A stretch of DNA of 64,000 nt, from the NCBI GenBank assembly GCA_013239625.1, contig MU054323.1, forward strand, positions 18,556,819 through 18,620,818. Reading direction: 5' to 3'. A program made the translations under genes and the position numbers. Under the pieces are notes generated by a model. The model made no database searches, was not told the DNA's origin, and saw nothing but the letters and a program-made list of their open reading frames with translations. This document shows positions 1 to 10,929 of the stretch, in pieces. This DNA is from Lama guanicoe. Its lineage: Eukaryota. Positions within the stretch are counted from its first letter, which is position 1, and every line of letters begins with the position of its first letter.

Positions 1-633
1 TGGACAGAATCTTATTTCCTCCCCCAACCCTATACTAGTAGGACAAAAGGGTTTGTTCCATCATGTAAAGTAAAATCAGACTGGAACTAAAGAAGAGCTT
101 TATGACTTTTCCCCAGTGGCATAAAACTGAAAGGCAGGATTGATCATTAAGTCATAATTAAGCATTAGCATTTAAGCAGAAACATTATCTTATATTATCA
201 CAAAAACAGTGTCAGATAAAAGCAGCAGAAGTCATTTCAGCCAGCCTTGTTAGCCAGGAAATTCTTTTCCGAGATGGTTCCTTTTTGGGCTTTCCCAATC
301 TGTACTCGGTAATGAAGTTAGGACCTAATGTGATGTTTTAAATATTCCCTTTCTGTGTGTATATTACATGATCAAGATAGAACACACATTTTTCAGCCCA
401 TGATAAGCAGTTGGATAAATTGTGCAGGACACTCATTCTATCATGATCTACAGATGTACTTAAAAGCTGTTAACAGTCCAAAAGTAAAAAATAAAATCAA
501 CTTCAGATCTCTGCATATATAGCATACTGATTACTGGCTCATGAGCTAGAAATTAGGATATTTTGATAATTTGAAAGTGGTCTTACATAGTAACTATTCC
601 ACATTTTCTTTGCCATTCAGGTTTTAAAAAACA

Positions 634-680
634 TGCACACACTGGCACATCCACAAACACACTCAACCACACACACACAG
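634..680 (-). promoter_or_regulatory. GU-rich intronic tract just downstream of the exon 2 donor (candidate intronic splicing enhancer)
   Basis: The minus strand reads CTGTGTGTGTGTGGTTGAGTGTGTTTGTGGATGTGCCAGTGTGTGCA, starting 28 nt after the exon end. As I recall, a GT repeat at the start of human NCX1 intron 2 has been reported to stimulate splicing. Confidence 0.55.
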
Positions 681-707
681 GTATTAAAATAAAAAGAGAG
701 AACTTAC

Positions 708-2506
708 ACAATTTCATCGTTCTGGAATTCGAGCTCTCCACAAGTGTCCTCAAAGTCCTCCCCTCCACCTCTGGCAGTGCCTTCAATGGTTCTGTAGGGA
801 ACGATGACGTTTCCGCGAGCTCCAGACGTTCTCAGCACTTTCACCTCCATGATGCCAATGCTCTCACTCACATGAGTCACGGGCTCCTCAAAAGTAAAGA
901 TGCCTGCGTGGTCATCATCAAAAATAGTCACGGTGGCAGTGGAGGGAGACCCCAGGCAAGCGAGTGTAGAGACGTGATTGGCTTCCAGGATGCCATCTTC
1001 CGAGGCTTCGGCAGATACTTTGACATTGCTGAGATGCACAAGGAAATTCTCATCCTCCTCAAAGATATCATCATCAATGATGCCGACTCTGATTTCCTTC
1101 TGGGTCTCACCGGGCTTAAAGACCACAGTCCCTTCAGTAAATTCATAATCAGACCCGGCATTGGCCGTACCATCCTCTGTTCTGAAGTCAACAAACACTG
1201 TGTTGGTCAAATCACCACCTCTGCGGATAATGGTCAGGGCTACAGTACCACAGTTCTCCAGACACTGATATGTCCCTTGTTCAAAGAAGATCTTACTGAC
1301 AGGGTCATTTTCAGCCACTTCTGTGTTGACCTCGTGCATGCTGACAGCCTTCCTTGCTTGGTCAGCGGCATGCCTCTTTAAAATGTTGCCTGCTCCAGTC
1401 ATCAGGCGGGTAGCTTGAATGCGGTAAAATGCTCGACTCTTTTGCTGTTGACTTAAGACCTGGTAGTTAGCTAATTCTATCAATTGCTCTATTTCTTTCT
1501 CTGGATGCTTCTGCTTGAGTTCCTTCAGAATCCGAGCCATTTCTCGCCTGGCTTCTTCCTCATCTTGGTCCCTCTCGTCCACCTCCAGAACCAGAGCACC
1601 ATCTAAGAAACTGTCAACATGGGAGTTGACCACCTTCCCATCCATTTCAATTTCAGTCTTGGAAGATGGCCTGTCTCCTTCATGTTCGATAATCATTCCC
1701 CTCTGCTTGCCAGCCCGATACCTCTTGTAGACATACTTGTAAAACAGAAGCCTCCTATCTGCCACCCAAGCGAACACAACACAGATGGGAAAGAAGAAGA
1801 AAGTCAGCAAACCTTCCCAGACCTCCACGACCCCAGGAGAGATGACAGACAGAATAATGTAAAGCCAGGTATACGCAAAGATGCTCCAAGCTGCCGTCAC
1901 GAAGAACACACGCAAATGCTTGATCTTCCTGGTCTCCCCGTCTGGGACCACGTAAACACAAAGCGCGATGATGATGAACATGTTGAACGCAGCGCTCCCC
2001 ACGATTGTGCTCGGGCCGAGGTCTCCTGCTGTGAAGTTGTGGCCACACACTTCAATCACTGAGAGGAGGATCTCTGGCGCCGAGGAGCCCAGGGCCATCA
2101 AGGTCAGGTTGGAGACCGTCTCATTCCAGATCCTCACAGTCGTCTTGGTGGTCTCACCATTGGGTTTCTTTATGGTGATTTCTTTTTCTTGAGAAGTGAT
2201 GACCTCTATAGAGGACATGAATCTGTCGGCAATGATAGAGACGCCAAGAAACATGTAGACCATGGCCACAAAATACACAGTTGCTCTAGCAATTTTGTCC
2301 CCAAAGGAAGGATCTTGGGGCTCCCAAATGGGTAAGATTACCCCTTTCTTACAGTAATACGAGCCTGTACATTCGCCTGTTTCATTGCCTTCTCCTTCCA
2401 TTTCTGTCTCAGCACTTATAGGGTCCACGTGGGAAAATAAGAGAACCAGCATGGCTAACAGATGAAATCCCATCAAAAAGGTGGGGGAGAGATTGAATCG
2501 CGGCAT
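708..2506 (-). CDS. SLC8A1: Sodium/calcium exchanger 1 (NCX1), first coding exon (exon 2): 599 codons plus 2 nt; the CDS continues in downstream exons outside the window
   Basis: The translation matches the NCX1 N-terminal half: signal peptide ending ...ISA|ETEMEGEGNET, alpha-1 repeat (ALGSSAPE), XIP region (RRLLFYKYVYKRYRAGKQRG), CBD1 acidic motifs (DDDIFEEDE, DDDHAG) and the start of CBD2 ending ...FQNDEIV. ATG is at 2506-2504; the track's GTG start at 2542 is 5'UTR. The donor GT|GTAAGT is at 708/707. Confidence 0.98.
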
Positions 2507-2545
2507 GTCGTACGATGGCAGAGTTCCAACTATCGTCCCCACCTA
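708..2545 (-). other. SLC8A1: SLC8A1 exon 2 boundaries (1838 nt, or 1835 nt with the distal AG)
   Basis: The minus strand shows a polypyrimidine tract CTCTTTTTTCCACCCTCCCCCCATCTTTTTCC, then CAG(2548-2546) TAG(2545-2543). A branch-point-like CTCTAAC lies at 2594-2588 and the donor GTAAGT at 707-702. Confidence 0.93.
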
Positions 2546-4614
2546 CTGGGAAAAAGATGGGGGGAGGGTGGAAAAAAGAGTCACACCGTTAGAGCCAGAT
2601 TCAAAGCATGACTAATGACTTGTTTTTATTATGTTTACCAGTGGTTTGTTTATATTTGACTATCACCATACTATGATGAATCATGATTCTAAGAACCCAT
2701 CTGTGATTAAGCAATCCTTTGTAAAGGTTACAACTCAATCTCTCCCTTTGTGGATTTTCTCTATGTAGTCCCCATCCCCTGAACAATGTATACAACAGAC
2801 TTATTGGAATGCAAAGTTCAATTAAAACCTTGCCTCACTGAATACACATGTATGCCTGTTAACAGCCAATAAAAGGAAAGAAAAAAACTTTTGAAGCATT
2901 AAATAACTTTCTCCTTGTTGCTCAAGCAGATTTTCTTTTAAATTCTGCTTAGTACAATCGTCTTCCAGAAACTGTTTCATTGCCAAAATCACCTTGTTAA
3001 GGTAGAGGTTATGACATTCAGACTTTCAAAATCCTACCAACACAAGGTTTGGTGATGATCTTAAATTCTGGAACACAGTTTACACTGCACTTGATGAAAT
3101 TGTGTCCTATTGGTCTTGGAAACACAGAGTGATCTTTAAACTGGGCTGCAATCAAAGCCCAGTGGTATTTGTACTTGAGGGAGAAAAAAAAATCTGCCAT
3201 AAGGCAATAATCCCACACATTAAGGGCAGTTTTTAAAAGCATGTTTTGCTGAGAGCACACTTCCTCCTTCTCCTCAGCAAGCTCGGGTCTCCTGATGCAG
3301 GAGCAGCTGGGCGTCTGGTTCTTTAAGCACAGCTCTTCACATCTGTGTACAGATCTCGTTCTAGAACCTGCAGGCCGTCCACAACAGGAAAGGGAGATAA
3401 CCAGGTCTAGGCATGTCTCAGACTCTTGCCTGGCAGCCTGTGAAATCAGTGTTACCAGCCATAAAATCTTCCTTCTCCGAGTCGAAGTCATCCCTTTCAC
3501 GATCATTTGAAAACACGTATTAGTTCTATAGAGGATTCAGATGACTGAAACACGCAAGGGTAATAATTCCACCTAAATGAGCTCATGTGGCAAAAGGACA
3601 GTGACCACAAAGTACACAGGTGATGAAGGATGTAGGTAATCAGGGATATGACAACAGCATCGCTAGTGGGCGAATTTAGGTCCATTGTGGCTCCGTCCAC
3701 CACTCTGCTTTGCTTACCAGTCTTTCTGTCTCTCAGTGACCTCATATAACCTCTGCCCCTGGGGCTTTGGCTGGGGGTGTGCTGAAGCAGAGAAGGGTCT
3801 GCTCTAAGTCAGGGTAACTCGGATCTAAAAGGCCAGTTATGACATCAGATAACACAGTGTTAGAAGGAAGGGTTCTGAATCAGAGCAAAGCCCTGAGGTC
3901 TGACACAAAGTTAAAAGTGGAGCTGGGTTGGAGCCCCTCAGAGCCTCAGGCTGTCTGAGAGTCACCCCAACATCCACCTGCATTCTCCAGCCTGTGTTTG
4001 CCGCGGATGGTTTGCTACTGAAAACCACACCAGGGCCCAGGAGAACCCCTCATGGAGTCCAGCACTTTCTGGCAAACCCTCAGAGAGCCCACCATCGCCT
4101 AAGGCCCTTTTTTTAGCTCATCACTATTGGGAGATAAGCTCTGACATTTTTCCCATGCTAAAGAAGACACAGCAGAGGGCCCTGGTGGTAGAATTCCATG
4201 CTCAGTAAAAGGTCGAAAAAAATAGAAGCAGCGCATTTTCCAAATATGCAAAAGTTCATGGTCAGCGTGTCTACTTATTCAGTCATTGCAGGGCTTGAGT
4301 GGGCTGGAGGATCTCTCCTGAAAACAAGGTGACATTGAACCAGCCTGTAAGAGCAGAGGAAGGCCTCGTGCTAACTCCCTCTGCAGTCATTTCTCCCACA
4401 GATATTTACGAGGGCCGCCTAGACAGATTTTAAAATGACATGCTAGGCTCTCTTCTAGGTCCTGAGAATTCAATGAGTAAAAAAAGTTTGTCTTTGTGGA
4501 CTTTATATTCGAATGGGCAGGAAACAAACAGGTAAGTATGAATGTTAAATGTCAGATGGTGAAAAGTGCTGTTGTAGTGGAGGAGTGGGGAGCAGAGTCA
4601 GTAGGACCAGAAGT

Positions 4615-4659
4615 CTGTGTGTGTGTGTGTCAGTGTGTGAGTGTATGTCTGTGTGTGCA
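4615..4659 (+). repeat. Interrupted (TG)n tract
   Basis: ctgtgtgtgtgtgtgtcagtgtgtgagtgtatgtctgtgtgtgca. Confidence 0.9.
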
Positions 4660-5023
4660 CACACATGGCGTGCATGATTTTACACTCGATGGTTTAAAGG
4701 TGGCCTCTCTGATAAGGAGACATTTGAGCAAAGTCTCAAAGGAAGCAACAGACCAACCTTTGTGGATATTTGCAGGAAGAAAATTCCGAGTGAAGTGTCA
4801 AGATCCTGATGGGAATTGTGCTTTGCGTAGTCTGGGGCCCATGGAGAAACCAGTGCAATGAGAGGGCAGTGAGTGAGGGGAGCAAGGTGGGGATGGACCA
4901 GGAGGGGTGCTGAGGCCACTATATGATGTTGGCATTGACTGTGAGAAAGATGGGAATCATAGGGAGGTTCCAATCAGAAGTGTTATATGAGCGGATTTTC
5001 CTTCTAAAATGATCTCTCTGCTG

Positions 5024-5328
5024 CGGTTACCAGGTGGGAGAAATATGGGGGGAGGGATAGATTAGGAGTTTGGGATTAACAGATAACACCTTACTATGTA
5101 TAAAATGGATAAACAACAAGGACGTACTGTATAGCACAGGGAACTATGCTCAGTTTCTTGTAATGAGCTGTAATGAAAAAGAAATTGAAAAAAATATAAA
5201 TGTGTATGTATGTGTATACTGTATACCTGAAACTAACATTGTAAACTGATTACACTTCAATAAAATATAAGAATAAAAAAATTAAAAAGAAAGAGACCCA
5301 TAAAAAATAAAATAAAATAAAATAAAAT
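5024..5328 (+). mobile_element. 5'-truncated L1 3' end with A-rich/(TAAAA)n tail and target-site duplication
   Basis: Typical L1 3'UTR text (ggagtttgggattaacagata...aacaaggacgtactgtatagcacagggaactat...cttcaataaaa). Flanked by aaaatgatctctctgctg (5006-5023) and aaaatgatctctgctg (5329-5344). Confidence 0.85.
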
Positions 5329-8102
5329 AAAATGATCTCTGCTGATTCAGTGAAGAATAGCCTGGAGGGTCAAGGGTAGAACAAAGAGGAGAGTTTTTGC
5401 CTATTATAAAAAAAAAAATCTGATTTATAAGTAATCCCAGTGCCTGGAATGTATATACAATGATGTAGTAAAGACCTAAAGTTTACAAAGGAGAAAGAAA
5501 CATTTGCAGTGACTCTTTTGGAAGATTTGCAACTTAAAATGTCTTGGTAACCTGTAAGGATCAGAAAGGTGTTTGCTCACAGAGAGCAGAACAGAATACA
5601 GAGACTCAGCACTGAACAGAGATTCACAGCTGTGTCTGCTCCAGGACTGACAGAACAAACCCCTCCCTTCAGATCACTGCCAACTTTCACCAGCCAGTTC
5701 TTCACCTCACAGCCAAAATGCACTTGCTCCAGTGCAGACCTGACTCTTTCACGTCTCTGACAACTCCTCAGGGGTTGCCTACTTCCCTGGAGACAAACAC
5801 AAACCCTTCAATAGGCTGTTTAGACCTTTTAGGATCTGGCCTCTGAGTTCCAAAATATAGAAATTCTTTCCATTCCCTGAAGACGAGATTTGCTTGCCTC
5901 CAGGTCTTTGCAGGTTGTGTTTTCTGTGCCCCCAAACTATTTTCCTTATTAGAAGCAAATCCTAAAATGGCATAAAGGCAAATCGCAGGGGATTGCCTGA
6001 GACAATAATACCACGCTCCGCTCCCAAACACTGTTTCAGATACCATGCTGAATTCTTTACATGATCATTGTATCTAATACTTACAAGAGCCAGCATTGCC
6101 CTGTTACAACAACTCTCAGGGTTGCCATTTCAATCAGTCTGTGTGGCTAGCACCCCCTGGAGCTGTGCAGTGCACAGTGCCCAACAATAACCTTACGTAA
6201 TAGACATTATTAGTCCATTTGTAGGTGAGACAACAAATGCTCAGATGGGCTTGGTACTTGCTGAAAGTCATACGGCTAATAAACTTTTGAACTAAGATTC
6301 AAATTCTGGCCTGTCTCTGCATCAGATATAATTCACTGCTGCATTCAATCATCCTTGACAGTGTACAAAGTTATCTTTGAGAACAAAGTTATCTTTGAGA
6401 ACTGTTGGATTCAGGCTTGGACTAGCCCACTGGAAAAACTCTTGCCTTCCATGTGGAGTTAAGAGGACCTAGGTAGGTAGCAAAAGGCCCATGGAAGGTT
6501 TCCATCAAGCCAGGTTTTATCTTACGGATTAGAGGCACAAGCAGAAAAGCGTCAACAGCTGTGAGGTGACATGTGGGCTGGAATGTTCCTAGAGATAGCT
6601 TCGTCTCACTCTCCTGCCTTTTAGCAATTACCTGGCAACCTCTTCTACATGACCTCTCAGGGCACTCTCTTAGGTCTGCCAAGAAAAAGCCCTGCCCCAA
6701 TCCACATCTCACAATATGTTCTCAGCCAAAAGAGAACAGGTGTCTCAGGGTGGATGGAGTGGTAAAAATCATCATCACCATCAGAGAAAAAGGAAGGGGG
6801 CTTCTAAGGTTAACTCAAAAATGTCACAATTCTATTCCAAAGGTGGTGGCATTATAATTTGTAAAATCAATGGACAAAAAAAAACACTGCTATAGCTTAT
6901 TGGCCATAAAGCAACTGAAAAGAGCTCCTTGGACTTCAGTTTCTTTCTTTATTAAAGTAATACCAAATTCAAATGCTTGTGAGGCTGTGGGGTAGGTGTT
7001 ATCTACATGTGAGTCCCTTCTTCTTCTTTTTTTTTTTTGTCTCCATTCTTTCAGGGTCTTTCTTCTGTCATTAGACTCTAGTAGATCTACTTGACTGTCT
7101 CTGCTATCTTCTCAAATACATATTTCTATGAAAATTAAGCAGGAAATGGAGGCTGTCTTATGTTGGTCTGCTGCCTGGCTTTTGCATATTCTGCCCTGCT
7201 CTACTGAACTCTGGAAGAGGCTGGTTTTCATGGTGGTTTCAGATCAACTCGGACACCCATGGCCAGTTCTTGCTTGGGGGTATCCATTATATCCTCCAAA
7301 GGAGCCTTCAGCACAGCATCAAGAATACCCACTTGTGCTCACTACTTATTTTAAAACAAACCAAACCACCACAGTACCTACAGATTACAGACCCGAATGG
7401 CAACGACAAAGGATGGTGAACAGATATCAAACTGAGTGAGCCCAGCAACCTGTGTCGAAGGCAGAGGTCCTAGAAATGGAGTATGTACAACCGAGACAGA
7501 TCTTTCTGCAACTGCCCTTGTAAAGAGCGAGGAAGAGCCTGCCACAGTGGAGGTCTGAGGAGTAGGCAGGCAGCCTTGGGGAGGTATAGCCAGTTTTGAC
7601 TACAAGGAGAACTCAGCGACAGAAGGAACACCTCTGCCATCCCCACCAGCCCTGGGCTCAAGGCGGCTTCATCTCATTCTGTTGATTGGCAGCTGGGGTT
7701 ATTCCAACGAACTCCTTGACTCTCCATCAGGACCTGGAATCCCCTTCTGTGTGATTCTTGCTGACTGAAAGTCTCAAAGCTAAGCAATTAATCTGTTTCT
7801 AAGGCAACATTAAAGCAATCATAAATTCTAATCCACTACGAAGGCAAGCACTTAAATGCTTCTGGACAAAGAGATGACGCTGGAGGACGACTCTCCTTAT
7901 CTGACCATCCATCTAGGGTGCCAATTACTGCCCTGGTCCCCAACCTCAGACCATCAGACCGTGACCGCACTTCAAAAAGAAGCTCGTTCCGTTTCCACGG
8001 TGACTCTCTGCTATTATATTTTTTTTTTATCCAAACAGTTTCTTCTTTGCTGCCTGATAAATGAGGACAAGTCCTCTAGGAGACAAGCAGTGAGACATCA
8101 CG
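5287..8102. repeat. Tandem duplication, copy 1 (2816 bp)
   Basis: Begins aagaaagagaccca and ends gagacatcacg. The ORF track repeats at an offset of 2827 (e.g. 5476 vs 8303, 7128 vs 9955). Confidence 0.97.
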
Positions 8103-10929
8103 AAGAAAGAGACCCATAAAAAAATAAAATAAAATAAAATAAAATAAAATAAAATAAAATGATCTCTGCTGATTCAGTGAAGAATAGCCTGGAGGGTCAA
8201 GGGTAGAACAAAGAGGAGAGTTTTTGCCTATTATAAAAAAAAAAATCTGATTTATAAGTAATCCCAGTGCCTGGAATGTATATACAATGATGTAGTAAAG
8301 ACCTAAAGTTTACAAAGGAGAAAGAAACATTTGCAGTGACTCTTTTGGAAGATTTGCAACTTAAAATGTCTTGGTAACCTGTAAGGATCAGAAAGGTGTT
8401 TGCTCACAGACAGCAGAACAGAATACAGAGACTCAGCACTGAACAGAGATTCACAGCTGTGTCTGCTCCAGGACTGACAGAACAAACCCCTCCCTTCAGA
8501 TCACTGCCAACTTTCACCAGCCAGTTCTTCACCTCGCAGCCAAAATGCACTTGCTCCAGTGCAGACCTGACTCTTTCACGTCTCTGACAACTCCTCAGGG
8601 GTTGCCTACTTCCCTGGAGACAAACACAAACCCTTCAATAGGCTGTTTAGACCTTTTAGGATCTGGCCTCTGAGTTCCAAAATATAGAAATTCTTTCCAT
8701 TCCCTGAAGACGAGATTTGCTTGCCTCCAGGTCTTTGCAGGTTGTGTTTTCTGTGCCCCCAAACTATTTTCCTTATTAGAAGCAAATCCTAAAATGGCAT
8801 AAAGGCAAATCGCAGGGGATTGCCTGAGACAATAATACCACGCTCCGCTCCCAAACACTGTTTCAGATACCATGCTGAATTCTTTACATGATCATTGTAT
8901 CTAATACTTACAAGAGCCAGCATTGCCCTGTTACAACAACTCTCAGGGTTGCCATTTCAATCAGTCTGTGTGGCTAGCACCCCCTGGAGCTGTGCAGTGC
9001 ACAGTGCCCAACAATAACCTTACGTAATAGACATTATTAGTCCATTTGTAGGTGAGACAACAAATGCTCAGATGGGCTTGGTACTTGCTGAAAGTCATAC
9101 GGCTAATAAACTTTTGAACTAAGATTCAAATTCTGGCCTGTCTCTGCATCAGATATAATTCACTGCTGCATTCAATCATCCTTGACAGTGTACAAAGTTA
9201 TCTTTGAGAACAAAGTTATCTTTGAGAACTGTTGGATTCAGGCTTGGACTAGCCCACTGGAAAAACTCTTGCCTTCCATGTGGAGTTAAGAGGACCTAGG
9301 TAGGTAGCAAAAGGCCCATGGAAGGTTTCCGTCAAGCCAGGTTTTATCTTACGGATTAGAGGCACAAGCAGAAAAGCGTCAACAGCTGTGAGGTGACATG
9401 TGGGCTGGAATGTTCCTAGAGATAGCTTCGTCTCACTCTCCTGCCTTTTAGCAATTACCTGGCAACCTCTTCTACATGACCTCTCAGGGCACTCTCTTAG
9501 GTCTGCCAAGAAAAAGCCCTGCCCCAATCCACATCTCACAATATGTTCTCAGCCAAAAGAGAACAGGTGTCTCAGGGTGGATGGAGTGGTAAAAATCATC
9601 ATCACCATCAGAGAAAAAGGAAGGGGGCTTCTAAGGTTAACTCAAAAATGTCACAATTCTATTCCAAAGGTGGTGGCATTATAATTTGTAAAATCAATGG
9701 ACAAAAAAAAACACTGCTATAGCTTATTGGCCATAAAGCAACTGAAAAGAGCTCCTTGGACTTCAGTTTCTTTCTTTATTAAAGTAATACCAAATTCAAA
9801 TGCTTGTGAGGCTGTGGGGTAGGTGTTATCTACATGTGAGTCCCTTCTTCTTCTTTTTTTTTTTTGTCTCCATTCTTTCAGGGTCTTTCTTCTGTCATTA
9901 GACTCTAGTAGATCTACTTGACTGTCTCTGCTATCTTCTCAAATACATATTTCTATGAAAATTAAGCAGGAAATGGAGGCTGTCTTATGTTGGTCTGCTG
10001 CCTGGCTTTTGCATATTCTGCCCTGCTCTACTGAACTCTGGAAGAGGCTGGTTTTCATGGTGGTTTCAGATCAACTCGGACACCCATGGCCAGTTCTTGC
10101 TTGGGGGTATCCATTATATCCTCCAAAGGAGCCTTCAGCACAGCATCAAGAATACCCACTTGTGCTCACTACTTATTTTAAAACAAACCAAACCACCACA
10201 GTACCTACAGATTACAGACCCGAATGGCAACGACAAAGGATGGTGAACAGATATCAAACTGAGTGAGCCCAGCAACCTGTGTCGAAGGCAGAGGTCCTAG
10301 AAATGGAGTATGTACAACCGAGACAGATCTTTCTGCAACTGCCCTTGTAAAGAGCGAGGAAGAGCCTGCCACAGTGGAGGTCTGAGGAGTAGGCAGGCAG
10401 CCTTGGGGAGGTATAGCCAGTTTTGACTACAAGGAGAACTCAGCGACAGAAGGAACACCTCTGCCATCCCCACCAGCCCTGGGCTCAAGGCGGCTTCATC
10501 TCATTCTGTTGATTGGCAGCTGGGGTTATTCCAACGAACTCCTTGACTCTCCATCAGGACCTGGAATCCCCTTCTGTGTGATTCTTGCTGACTGAAAGTC
10601 TCAAAGCTAAGCAATTAATCTGTTTCTAAGGCAACATTAAAGCAATCATAAATTCTAATCCACTACGAAGGCAAGCACTTAAATGCTTCTGGACAAAGAG
10701 ATGACGCTGGAGGACGACTCTCCTTATCTGACCATCCATCTAGGGTGCCAATTACTGCCCTGGTCCTCAACCTCAGACCATCAGACCGTGACCGCACTTC
10801 AAAAAGAAGCTCGTTCCGTTTCCACGGTGACTCTCTGCTATTATATTTTTTTTTTATCCAAACAGTTTCTTCTTTGCTGCCTGATAAATGAGGACAAGTC
10901 CTCTAGGAGACAAGCAGTGAGACATCACG
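8103..10929. repeat. Tandem duplication, copy 2 (2827 bp)
   Basis: Head-to-tail with copy 1. It differs by an 11-nt longer A/(TAAAA)n tract and about four substitutions found by eye. Confidence 0.97.

Larger units (their letters stand above)
4385..5390 (-). mobile_element. Degenerate L2 LINE fragment, interrupted by an L1 3' end
   Basis: L2-like antisense tracts (ctctctgataaggagacatttgagcaaag; aaaatgatctct...gaagaatagcctggagggtcaagggtagaa) resume after the L1 insert. Confidence 0.55.

Noticed and set aside
872..2192. Plus-strand and alternate-frame ORFs overlapping exon 2 (169, 147, 97, 88 aa etc.)
   Set aside because: Shadow ORFs of a real coding exon, with no recognisable protein features.
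2507..2542. N-terminal 12 residues of the 612-aa track ORF (GTG start)
   Set aside because: The GTG is the exon's first bases after the acceptor. The NCX1 signal peptide starts at ATG 2506, so this stretch is 5'UTR.
3018..3506. 162-aa minus-strand intronic ORF
   Set aside because: No recognisable domain or convincing exon structure; compatible with chance in 64 kb.
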